Positions 37,256-46,780 of a stretch of 64,000 bases of DNA are shown here, in pieces. The position numbers and the translations under genes were made by a program. Below the pieces are notes generated by a model. That model ran no database searches. It was not told where the DNA came from and saw nothing but the letters and a program-made list of their open reading frames with translations. Origin of the DNA: Schmidtea nova (Eukaryota); NCBI GenBank assembly GCA_044892505.1, contig CM097882.1:100254001-100318000 (forward strand), in the 5' to 3' direction. Positions within the stretch are counted from its first letter, which is position 1. Each line of letters begins with the position of its first letter.

Positions 37256-37617
37256 TCTTCAAATATAGTTCCATGACCTTTCATTCGTTTGTTTATACGT
37301 TTTCTAATCTTTTTACGTCTTGGTCCTACCGGTTCAGGTTGCGGTTCGTTTTTGGAAAACATATTTGAAATTGACGGTATCGCCTTGGATACAGCCTCCA
37401 TAGCATTCGTTTTCAATGTAGGCAAAATTTTCTGATCTTTCATTATAACGTCTTTAGCAGTTTTCATTCCAAAACTGCCCAGTCGCTTAAGTAGTGGAAG
37501 TGCAAATCTTCCAATAGTTTTCAACCAACCTGATCCATACTGTTTACCTATAAAATACGGTAATTCGCCACCAGTTTGGCTATTACTGTACAATGAAATT
37601 ATATCGGGATTACTCAT
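37252..37617 (-). CDS. Small virion core / membrane-active precursor protein, 121 aa
   Basis: QTGG and QYGSG protease-site motifs followed by an amphipathic helix WLKTIGRFALPLLKRLG; basic C-terminus; ATGA overlap with the capsid gene. Confidence 0.75.
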   Translation of the reverse strand: MSNPDIISLYSNSQTGGELPYFIGKQYGSGWLKTIGRFALPLLKRLGSFGMKTAKDVIMKDQKILPTLKTNAMEAVSKAIPSISNMFSKNEPQPEPVGPRRKKIRKRINKRMKGHGTIFEE

Positions 37618-38662
37618 GATGTTTTCGAAAATGTAGAGTCAAATGAGTTTTTGAATTTTTTGGAAAGTTTATTAAATTACCTCTATCATCTCGGATATTT
37701 ATTTCTATATTGTTTATACAGGATGTTGAAACAGATAAATACATTGGATTTTCAACTTGTATTTGAACAACCTCATCCTGTTCATATTTTTCAATCCATA
37801 CAGATTTCAACATGGGAACTAATGAATCACCGACAATTATAGGATTGACTATATTACTGTAAATGAACATTTGCTGATGAAGTTTAATTATTTTTGGTTT
37901 ATATATTCCAACAGTGAAGCTTCCGTCTTGAGCATATGTAGCTTTCGCTAATCCCAATGTTTTTACAAGGTTATTGTCAAAAGTTATTTCGCTAACATCT
38001 GCATTCAAACTGAATTTGAAGTAACTATCATCTACCAATTCCAGAGATTTAAAAATACTTGCACAATTTAGAATAAAATATGATTGCAATTCATCCAGTT
38101 TCGATATGTATAAATTATCGGTAAATGTATGTATAAATGCAGAATCAGCCTTGTACTCCATCTTTATTCTAATTTTTTCCGTTAATGGACCATCTATACC
38201 ATAATATGGTAACGGTATCTTGTATGTATCTGTAGGACTTACAATACTCTGTTTCGTTAATCCCATTCTTTTTGCCATTGCCAAAGTATCAAAAGTTATA
38301 GTGAAGGGAAAATTATCACAGGTAAAATAAATAGAATGTCTATCGCTACTGATTTGAGCAATATCATCGGCAGGATTAGATATATCAACTTCACAAAATT
38401 GATTGTTGATAATCAAATTTTTATATTTTGTATGTAAAGTTTTCTTTTTGTACCGAATTTCTGATTTACTGTAAAATGGAAATGGATTATACACAAATGT
38501 AAAGTCTAAGAGAGCGACTTCCCAAATCCCGTCCAAATACATTGGATTTTGGAGATTGACCATGAAATTACTGGAAGTATTATCTGGATGTATATCTGGA
38601 CAACTGTTGCTAGGTAGAATCATATAAAAATTCATTTTACTAGGTTTTTTGATGATATCCAT
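37610..38662 (-). CDS. Minor capsid protein (penton-like); likely start at Met10 (38635)
   Basis: FYMILPSNS..HPDNTSSNF..L..P..L.G.WEVAL N-terminus and MFIYSNIV.P.IVGD..VPML C-terminus, typical of Polinton minor capsids. Confidence 0.88.
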   Translation of the reverse strand: MDIIKKPSKMNFYMILPSNSCPDIHPDNTSSNFMVNLQNPMYLDGIWEVALLDFTFVYNPFPFYSKSEIRYKKKTLHTKYKNLIINNQFCEVDISNPADDIAQISSDRHSIYFTCDNFPFTITFDTLAMAKRMGLTKQSIVSPTDTYKIPLPYYGIDGPLTEKIRIKMEYKADSAFIHTFTDNLYISKLDELQSYFILNCASIFKSLELVDDSYFKFSLNADVSEITFDNNLVKTLGLAKATYAQDGSFTVGIYKPKIIKLHQQMFIYSNIVNPIIVGDSLVPMLKSVWIEKYEQDEVVQIQVENPMYLSVSTSCINNIEINIRDDRGNLINFPKNSKTHLTLHFRKHHE

Positions 38663-39678
38663 GATGGTTCTTTATATCCATGCCACTTTACATAGTATTG
38701 TTTATCCTTACCCACCATTTTAGATTTCAGGATTTTTTGAATTCTAAATATTGTCGGTGGAGGAATAACTTGTAATTCTTGTTCGTAGAATTTCCCACTG
38801 ATTATATTGTTATCAGAGTCACAAATAGTATACATGACAGGATTCTGCACTGTGTTGACTTTCGATATTTGATATACCTCATCACTCCAATTATTATCAA
38901 AATTTTTAATGAATGGCGATGCACTAATCTTGCTAATTCGAACATGATCACCAATTTTATATTTTGGTTTCTTTACTTTTACTTCACTCACAATATTTTC
39001 AGTATCAACTACTTCTGCCGGTTTCCTGTCATTTATACCCCGATGAGCACTATGATTATAACTATGAATCAATTGAGGTAAAACATTAATCCAGGTTTTA
39101 TTGCCTTTAAAAACAAAGTATTTTTTCAATCGATCACGCAAAGTTCGATTAAATCTCTCGACATGAGCGGCTTTGAATTGCGAGAATACCGAATAATGAT
39201 TTATTCCCTTGATAACTTCCTTGACTTTACTGTTGTAAAATTCCTTTCCTAAAAAATATTAAAAATGTATAAATTTAAATTAAAATTTACCCAAATCGGT
39301 TTGTAAATTAGTTGGCCGATCCTTTTTCATCATTGTCTTGATAGCGATTGCCATGTCATTAGCTGATTTCGATTTTACTCCAATTGCTCGAGCAAATCTA
39401 CTGTAAACATCAATACATGTTAAAATATACTTGTACCCCTTGTTAATAGCGGAATACGGAATCATTTCCATCAAATCCATTTGCCACAAATCATTGATTC
39501 TATATGTTTTATATGCTCGAGTTGGAAACCGTTTCAACATCGGTTTGTTTAGACTGTATGCAAGTTGCCCCGATAACCAACTTTGTGTCTGTTGTTTCGA
39601 CTTCTGTGCTTTTTTCCTTAGCTTTTCGACTCCACCGAAACCGGCGTCGTCTTTTGGGTTCGTCCAGATCTTCTCCAT
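38632..39678 (-). CDS. int: Retroviral-like (rve) integrase with C-terminal chromodomain, two exons, 334 aa
   Basis: WQMDL, spliced LQTDLG|KEFYN, AAHVERFNRTLR, chromodomain IQKIL..YYVKWHGY; exons 39678-39291 and 39248-38632 total 1005 nt. Confidence 0.92.
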
Positions 39679-39733
39679 TACAACAAGAAGATTTAAAGTT
39701 TAAATTTAAATTAGGTAATGATTGACCCATTGT

Positions 39734-40279
39734 TTATGACCTTTGTCCCAATAAACCAGCACCTCCCAATAATGATAAAGCTAGTGGTAATAATGCGGCA
39801 ATAAATCCTCCTTGTTGTTTATATATTATTTTTCGCATAAGTTTTCGATTTTTTGTTTTTACTAGCGACAACAATGGTTTCTTATGCTTGTTCAAAACAC
39901 GTCGATTAGATGGACTGAGATGCATTTTACCTCGTACTACTTTAATTAAAATAGTGAGTAAATCATCGATAACGTAATTAGGAAACGATTGAAGAATACC
40001 CATTCTTCTAGCGGATGGGGCTTTAAGCAATGCATTAAAAAACGGAAAACTCCGATGATGTACTTGTTTAGCATTTGATTTCAAATTAATTGGAATTTGA
40101 TTTTGTTTGGGAAAATTATCCATAATTAGTTTTTTCGATGGTGTATAACTTGTTTTTGAAACTGATTTTGAAACGGATTTCTTTGTCGATTTCTTTCTTC
40201 GACCTGCTTTCTTACCTATTTTCATTGATTTTCGAGCTTTTATCAATCGTTCAAACTTTACTCGAGATTTCATTAACAT
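39734..40279 (-). CDS. Basic core protein with adenovirus pX-like C-terminus, 181 aa
   Basis: K/R/S-rich N-terminus; QQGG|FIAALLPLALSLLGG resembles the pX MRGG|ILPLLIPLI motif. Confidence 0.75.
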   Translation of the reverse strand: MLMKSRVKFERLIKARKSMKIGKKAGRRKKSTKKSVSKSVSKTSYTPSKKLIMDNFPKQNQIPINLKSNAKQVHHRSFPFFNALLKAPSARRMGILQSFPNYVIDDLLTILIKVVRGKMHLSPSNRRVLNKHKKPLLSLVKTKNRKLMRKIIYKQQGGFIAALLPLALSLLGGAGLLGQRS

Positions 40280-40299
40280 TATTATTACTGTAAATCAAT

Positions 40300-40923
40300 T
40301 TAACTTTGTTTATAAACCATGGCTCCTTCCTTGTTAAAAATATCAGTTCTAACCCTTAAATCATCACTGCATTGTTGAGTAAAATCCAAGAAAATATATC
40401 CATGAGGAGATTTTGTAGCATCCTGAAAGGCTTCAATCAAAAAGTTACGATTTGAAGGATAAGCTTGTCTTGCCAGAAAATCAATAACTGTTGCATCTCT
40501 AGGATTTTTAAAAACAACAAGATATTGAACATTTAAATTACGAGTTCGATGACTACCGCCCTGATGAAATAAATTCTGAGTTATAAAAATAACAGTAACA
40601 CCTTTATGTCTACTGATTTTCGTAAATAAATTATTAAAATCCTTTTCTTTATTTGCTTCTTGATACAAATCGTCAATGATAATCACATCACCTTGTTTTA
40701 ATCTAGATGACCAGTTTTTATCGAAACCTTTTATGATTGTCATTTTTATTTTACAAAACTGATCTTGTGTCATTCCACTTTCGTCGTCAGCACCCCTATG
40801 CCAATAAATATTATTAAATTTCGACTTGAATAATTTCGATTGCAATAATTTACAAACAAATAAAGTTTTTCCACTCCCGCTCGGACCAACAATTTGAAAC
40901 ACTGCATCATTTCTTAATTCCAT
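40300..40923 (-). CDS. A32/FtsK-like genome packaging ATPase, 207 aa
   Basis: Walker A GPSGSGKT, Walker B IIIDD, ISRH and ITQ motifs. Confidence 0.93.
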   Translation of the reverse strand: MELRNDAVFQIVGPSGSGKTLFVCKLLQSKLFKSKFNNIYWHRGADDESGMTQDQFCKIKMTIIKGFDKNWSSRLKQGDVIIIDDLYQEANKEKDFNNLFTKISRHKGVTVIFITQNLFHQGGSHRTRNLNVQYLVVFKNPRDATVIDFLARQAYPSNRNFLIEAFQDATKSPHGYIFLDFTQQCSDDLRVRTDIFNKEGAMVYKQS

Positions 40924-41016
40924 ATTTAAAATTTATATTTTCTTAATATTATTGATTATATTTGTTTTAAATACATGTTCTCAAAGTAATTATTTCATTT
41001 AAAAATATTTTCAGTA

Positions 41017-41484
41017 ATGATTAGAAACATTAATTACAAGGGTAAGACAGATGTATCACACATGAAATTTCCAAAAGGTAAACCCCAGCAAATTGTAGAT
41101 CGAACTGGAAAATATCCCATAATATACTTTAAAACAGGAAGATATAGAATAATGGGATGCAGGGAATTTATTAGTGAGGAACAAGTTGAGTTTTACGATT
41201 TAAAGATACAATCGATAACTGTAACTGCGGATTTAGGATTTATTTGTAATTTGAATGAATTATCTAAATTGATACCGTGTGTTTACGAGCCAGAATTATT
41301 TCCAGCTTTGAGGTATACCAAATATAATCCCATGTGTGTAAACATATTTCCAAGTGGGAAATTAGTCATATTAGGATTAAAAAACAAAGACTATAGTACT
41401 ATAGTTGATGATATTATTTACGATATAAAATCAATTATAGAAGATAAAGCCTTTGTTGATTTCATACTAACATGTGACTCATGA
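41017..41484 (+). CDS. TATA-binding-protein-like protein, 155 aa
   Basis: YEPELFPALRY and NIFPSGKLVILG match TBP repeat 2 (YEPELFPGLIY, LIFVSGKIVLTG); IRNINYKG..IYFKTGRYRIMG matches repeat 1. Confidence 0.82.
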   Translation: MIRNINYKGKTDVSHMKFPKGKPQQIVDRTGKYPIIYFKTGRYRIMGCREFISEEQVEFYDLKIQSITVTADLGFICNLNELSKLIPCVYEPELFPALRYTKYNPMCVNIFPSGKLVILGLKNKDYSTIVDDIIYDIKSIIEDKAFVDFILTCDS

Positions 41485-41509
41485 CTGCAATATCGATGCA
41501 TTAGAAATG

Positions 41510-41625
41510 CACGATTCTGATTGGCTCTGTGTGTATCGATAGAATAAAGACATGTTGTGCATGCTTCATTCTGATTGGTTCATTGTGTGTGTTTGAAATC
41601 ATGTGTGTTTCTTTGATATATATAC
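41510..41625 (+). promoter_or_regulatory. Predicted promoter: two inverted CCAAT boxes and TATA
   Basis: CTGATTGG ending at 41524 and 41578; TATATATA 41617-41624; CGATTCTGATTGG is shared exactly with the polB promoter. Confidence 0.55.
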
Positions 41626-41659
41626 TATGAACAATCTCACATAGTTTATATTCACAATT

Positions 41660-42295
41660 ATGTATCTTACGCAAACTTTAATTAAAAGCCGTAAGGGTTT
41701 TAATTTTTAATTTTTCATATTTAATATTATTTTAGAAAAACTAATGAACGTTATCTATCGAAAGCTGGAGGAGCTATTCCCGAACCTGATGCCGGCTCTC
41801 GTCTACACGGCTCCGGAGATGTTCCCATATAAAATTATGGTCCTGACTGGTATCGATATAAACCAGATTGTGCTCGACCACATGACGAGCCAGAATACAG
41901 ATCTCCCAATGGTACCCGAACACATTATGTGCGCATATCAATGCGGAAGTTGTGTTGAAAGAATACGACAATTCAACATCTGGGTTTTGCGAAACTCGTT
42001 GAAATTATTCGATGTCCAGCAAATGGATAAAATCGATGAGGAGGAAGAAGAGCAAATCAAGGAAACCTGGCCCAACTCTACTCCGGAGCCGATTGATGCC
42101 GATGATCAATCAAAAAATGATTGCTCAATGGAACATGCACCATCTCTAGATGGCCCGTATCCATCGGAATCACCTGATTGTTCAGAATCTCCACAATCAC
42201 CTGATTGTGCAGAATGCCATCGACAGGCTGATGGTGTTGAAGAAGAGGAGGAAGAAGAAGAAGAAGAAAAAGAAAAAGAAAACGACGAACAATAA
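41660..42295 (+). CDS. Hypothetical protein with CxxC and acidic tail; two exons (45-nt intron 41691-41735)
   Basis: ATG at 41660, donor C|GTAAGG and acceptor TTTAG|AA join in frame to ORF 41744-42295; poly-Glu C-terminus; a homologous relic at 49170-49400. Confidence 0.7.
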
Positions 42296-42841
42296 TTTGA
42301 TTTGCATGTTTAATGTATTTAGTTTTTTTTTATTCTTTTAGTTATGTCATTTTTGTTATTTTAGTATAATAAAAGATTTTTAATTATTTTAGTTTTTTAT
42401 TCATTTTAGTTTTTGTTTTCATTTATTTAAATAATAGTAATAGTTTTTTTTTTATTAAAACATTTTTAATAGTAGTAATTTTTATTAACTAAATATATAT
42501 CAAGTTAATAGTTTTTTATTAAATACTAATTAATATGAAAGTGTTTTATGAAAGATAATAATTTGTGAAATAAATAAATAAATAAATAAATAACAACATT
42601 AGTAGCAGAACATTGTGATCAGAACCCTGGAAGCAGAATCTCTTCTGTGATGGTTTTGATATACAAAAAACTTCATACTAAACATATACTAAATAATTTA
42701 ACATGCACGCATACAACAAAGACATTGCAATACATGTGCATAGTGTGTGCAAAACGAATGCATGAATATGATTGGACAAAGACATCTAGTCATCAGTATA
42801 AATACAAAGACATTTTATAAAATATTGTCACAATTTATAAA

Positions 42842-43258
42842 ATGAATTCAAGAAAACAAAATTTAGATATAAGCGAAGAAAAAATATATCAGACTGAGGT
42901 AAAACCAGTCCAGATGTACTACGACAGCCGACTTTATTTTTTGGTTAATGAAATACCGTATCGATTATCATTTCCGGTAAAGTTAACAAAATCTTTATAT
43001 GACAGTCTTGCTGTAATTATTGCCAAGGAAGATATTATCGCATTAAATAGATTATTTTCAAAGATGAATGTTAATTTGACATGTAAAGAAACCATGTACA
43101 TCAATAACAGAAAAACTCGGTTTCATGATGCGTTTCAAACAATTGATTTCATGGATCAAGAACATTGGTTCGTTACCGTTATTATTCAAGGGTACAAGAT
43201 TGATAAAAAAGATGTTGTTACTCCAATTTGGAGAGTTGACAATGCAAGATATGCATAA
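42842..43258 (+). CDS. Hypothetical 138-aa protein, possibly an OB-fold ssDNA-binding protein
   Basis: Intact ORF with CCAAT and TATA upstream; beta-strand-like C-terminus VTVIIQGYKIDKKDVVTPIWRV. The function is a guess. Confidence 0.6.
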   Translation: MNSRKQNLDISEEKIYQTEVKPVQMYYDSRLYFLVNEIPYRLSFPVKLTKSLYDSLAVIIAKEDIIALNRLFSKMNVNLTCKETMYINNRKTRFHDAFQTIDFMDQEHWFVTVIIQGYKIDKKDVVTPIWRVDNARYA

Positions 43259-43324
43259 TTGTTTTTTAATAAATATTTTTTAGTATGAACAATTTTAGTT
43301 TTGATATTAGTTTTTGTTTTTAAA

Positions 43325-43909
43325 ATGAAATTAATTATAGTTATTTTATTATTATGTGTTCACAATACTGAAGGAGAACAAGCTTTGGAAGATTGTCAAT
43401 CATCCCATCCGTTTCGAAAACAAGATAGTACTTGTGCGAGTTATAATGATATATGTCTTTACTCAAACCTTGAATGCAGTCAAATAAAATTACAATGTAA
43501 TCAATGTCCTTCCAAAAATAATGTGATTAATAATGACATTGAAAAAATGATTGCCAAAATAATGATGAAAATAGTTGAACGATTAAAATGTATCAATCAA
43601 ACTTTTGTTAAAAAAGAATATGAAGTCAGATACCAAAATCAAACAGTTGAAAATGAAAAAACAGCCATTGTATTACATTATATAAGTTTATTTATATTAA
43701 TAATTATAATGATGTTATCGGCATCCATACGGCTGGAGAAGATTTCAAATATTCCAAAGAATAATATTCCGACAAATACTAGTATTCCGATGAATAATAT
43801 TACAATGAATAATATTCCTATGAATAATAATATTCCGAGTAATAATCCAGATGTAAATAATTTTGAAACTAAATTTTGTACACGTACACAACGATATATT
43901 TATAAATAA
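43325..43909 (+). CDS. Predicted type I membrane protein (signal peptide, six-Cys ectodomain, TM, NNIPM-repeat tail)
   Basis: MKLIIVILLLCVHNTEG signal-like start, Cys-rich segment, TM AIVLHYISLFILIIIMMLSASI. Confidence 0.72.
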   Translation: MKLIIVILLLCVHNTEGEQALEDCQSSHPFRKQDSTCASYNDICLYSNLECSQIKLQCNQCPSKNNVINNDIEKMIAKIMMKIVERLKCINQTFVKKEYEVRYQNQTVENEKTAIVLHYISLFILIIIMMLSASIRLEKISNIPKNNIPTNTSIPMNNITMNNIPMNNNIPSNNPDVNNFETKFCTRTQRYIYK

Positions 43910-44808
43910 ATTTTATTTTCAATGTCTTTGTTCATGTTGCACGTGTATTGCATTGTCTTTGTTTAAGTTGCACGCGTGTTGCAAAGTCTTGCACATGTAT
44001 TGCATTGTCTTTGTTTAAGTTGCACGCGTGTTGCAAACTTTTCGATGACTAATATTTCTGTTAAAATTATTTATGTTAAAAAATTTGTGTAAAAAATTTG
44101 TGTAAAAAAAAAAAATTATTTTACAATAATAAATTTGGCGGGAAAAAAAAATTTGAAAAAAAAATAAATTTTTAAAAATTTTAAAAATTTTTGGCGCGAA
44201 AAAATAATTTTTGAAAAAAAAAAAAAAAAAAAAAAATTAGCCCCCCCCGGGGGAGGGGGTCTCGAAAAAGTTCTTTGTTTAAAAATTTTTTACGCCCACG
44301 CATTAAAAAGTTCTTTGTTTAAAAAAAAAAAAAAATTTTTTAAAAAAAATTTGTGAAAAAAAAAAAAATTTTGTGTTAAAAAATTTTGTGTTGAAAAAAT
44401 TTGTGTTAAAAAATTTTGTGTTAAAAAATTTTGTGTTGAAAAAATTTGTGTTAAAAAATTTTGTGTTAAAAAATTTTGTGTTGAAAAAATTTGTGTTAAA
44501 AAATTTTGTGTTGAAAAAATTTGTGTTAAAAAATTTTGTGTTAAAAAATATTGTGTTAAAAAATTTTGTGTTAAAAAAAAAAAAATTTGTGTTAAAAAAT
44601 TTTGTGTTAAAAAATTTTCAAATTTAAATTTGGCGCGAAAAAAAAAATTTTCAAAAAAAAAAATTCAAAAATTTTTGGCGCGAAAAAAAAAAAAAAAAAA
44701 TTGACCCCCCCCCCGGGGGGGTTCCGAAAAAAAAGTTCTTTGTTTAAAATTTTCCGCCCACGCATTATGACTCATTTCTTTGTGTTTGACTCCACACATC
44801 TACCTACT
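43544..44808 (-). repeat. Right TIR of the Polinton (1,265 bp)
   Basis: Reverse complement of the left end; inner boundary lies inside the membrane-protein gene. Confidence 0.92.
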
Positions 44809-45080
44809 TTTGTGTTGTTAAAAGTGTTATTGGGGTCAATTAAAAACACGTTTTGGAGTCAGATATTTGATTGGTAACTTTTACCATTTCACCAACTACC
44901 CCATAACACAACAATTTTGTTTTGTTTATAATTTAATTCATTTTTTCTTTAATGATTTTTTCTTTATCTTGTTTAATATTTTTAATTTTTTTTTTGATTA
45001 TTAGATTTACCAATAACCGAATATTTAGGTTGAACAATGACTTTTTGAATGAAACCTTTTTTTTAATTAAATTTACGATT

Positions 45081-45400
45081 TCAATTTTCTTTATAAATTG
45101 TTATGCCTTTTTCATTGAAAAGATCAGTTCATATATGTAAATCATCACGACATTGTTGTGTAAAGTCGAAAAACAAATATTCATGGAGAATTTTAGTTTC
45201 ATCTTGGAATGAATCAACCAAATATTTTCTATCATTAGGGTAAGCCTATCTTGCAAGAAATGAATAATTGTTGAATCTCTAGAGTTTTTGAATATAACCA
45301 AGTATTGTAAATTTATATACAGGATTCTATGACTACCTCCTTGATGAAATAAATTTTGAGTTATGAAAATAACTGTTACACCCAAGTGTCTTCTAACTTT
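45081..45400 (-). pseudogene. Old Polinton relic: packaging ATPase, C-terminal half
   Basis: RHLGVTVIFITQNLFHQGGSHR and, after a frameshift, FDFTQQCRDDL..TDLFNEKG..IYKEN, closely matching 40300-40923. Confidence 0.9.
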
Positions 45401-45684
45401 TAAAAGGGAAAGACAGAAGTTTTGTAGCAAGATATTGTGAGAGAAACTTATTAAGAGAAACTTACTGAGATGTTGAGGTTGCGAGAATCTCAACTTGATG
45501 TTTCTTATATAAATAAAAACAAGACTGGTTATTTAAAATTTTATTTAATTATAACAATTACAAATTTTAATAAAAATAACTCAAAAATATAATAATTTTG
45601 TTTTTTTTGTGTGTGTATGTATGTGTGTATATAAGTGTTTGCAGTTTCCTGAGCTCGGATGTGTAAATGTTGTATGCTCTAATT

Positions 45685-46114
45685 CAGAGCTCCGCAACCT
45701 TTTCTCACCCGCGGCACACCTAAAGACTTAAAAAAATTTCGCGGCACACCACAAACAAAAATTTTTTAAAATTTACGTGATAAGAAATGCACAAGCAGAA
45801 AATGTATTTTTTTTATTCGATAAATTTATTATCGCCGTTAACAACTATTTTTTATTTATAACTATAACTAATATGAACAATCACTAATGGGATACCTGTG
45901 CTTGTTTTAAGGAACATAATAGTTTTATATTGGGCTCAATATTTGAAAGAGCAACTCGAAGTTCTTGGTCAAGTCATATTTTGTCAACAACGCAATTATT
46001 TTTTAAACAAGATAGATATAAGCATAACGCACGTGTCCGTCATAAACCCTATATTTTTTTCTCGGATAGGCATTGCGCCGCGGCACACCTAGCATCACCT
46101 CGCGGTTGAAACTG
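45685..46114. mobile_element. hAT (Charlie-like) non-autonomous element, right end damaged
   Basis: CAGAGCTCCGCAACCTTTT start and repeated GCGGCACACC subterminal motifs. Confidence 0.5.
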
Positions 46115-46377
46115 AAAATGGAGTGTCAACAAAAATTTAATATATAAACAAACTGATTTCTCAGTCAAAAACACCATTAAAATTTTGTAATCTAAGAAGA
46201 GTTACAATTTCGGTAGATGACATTTGTAACATAAATAAGAGTCTAATTTATGTTACAAATGTCGTCTACTGAAATTGTAACTCTTTTTAGATTACAAAAT
46301 TTTAATGGTGTTTTTGACTGAGAAATCAGTTTGTTTATATATTAAATTTTTGTTGACACTCCATTTTCAGTTTCAAC
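46105..46377. repeat. 273-bp near-perfect hairpin
   Basis: Arms of about 132 bp (GTTGAAACTGAAAATGG...GTAACATAAAT) around a 9-nt loop AAGAGTCTA. Confidence 0.9.
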
Positions 46378-46459
46378 ACACTTTGTTTTATATTTTAAAA
46401 ATTATTTTGCACAAAATGTGCTGTTAGATCCAGACCAGATGATCAAAGCTTGAGAGAAA

Positions 46460-46780
46460 AGATAAGCAAAGACCAATGTAGAAAATTTAATTAGCGGAGT
46501 TCTTCCGACTAAAAACCCAAACATATATGCCATAATATCATTACATAGATTCCTAGAAACCGTAACTGAAAACCACATAATTCCATTGAATAAACTGTTC
46601 ATCATAAAATGCGAAAAAGTGATTATTATCAGCAGTGTCACATGAGTCCATCTAAACAATGTAAATGGTTGCAGATAATTATTCTTCATCAAGATGAGAA
46701 CGAACTACACAATGCCACAACTGTATATACAGAACGATATAAACTGGTGGTGAGAAACAATCGATAGCAGTAAATCTTCT
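46460..46780 (-). pseudogene. CDS: Fragment of phosphatidate cytidylyltransferase (CDP-DAG synthase)
   Basis: WTHVTLLI..SH...LFNGIMWF......CNDIMAYMFGFLVGRTPLIK matches eukaryotic CDS1/2; in-frame stop, truncated, no introns. Confidence 0.85.

Larger units (their letters stand above)
25883..44808 (-). mobile_element. Full-length Maverick/Polinton (adintovirus-type endogenous virus), 18,926 bp
   Basis: Termini AGTAGGTAGATGTGTGG / CCACACATCTACCTACT; perfect 6-bp TSD TTTGTG (25877-25882, 44809-44814); long TIRs; pPolB, two capsid proteins, protease, ATPase and integrase. Confidence 0.97.
24924..44913. mobile_element. Solo LTR (about 1.06 kb) split by the young Polinton
   Basis: TGTT...AACA ends with a 4-bp TSD ATTT (24920-24923, 44914-44917). 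The halves 24924-25882 and 44815-44913 join into a sequence resembling the uninterrupted repeat at about 52300-53020 and the fragment ending at 48689. Confidence 0.7.

Noticed and set aside
40986-41014. Possible 29-nt intron extending the TBP-like gene
   Set aside because: Joining to the ATG at 40975 is out of frame and hits a stop.
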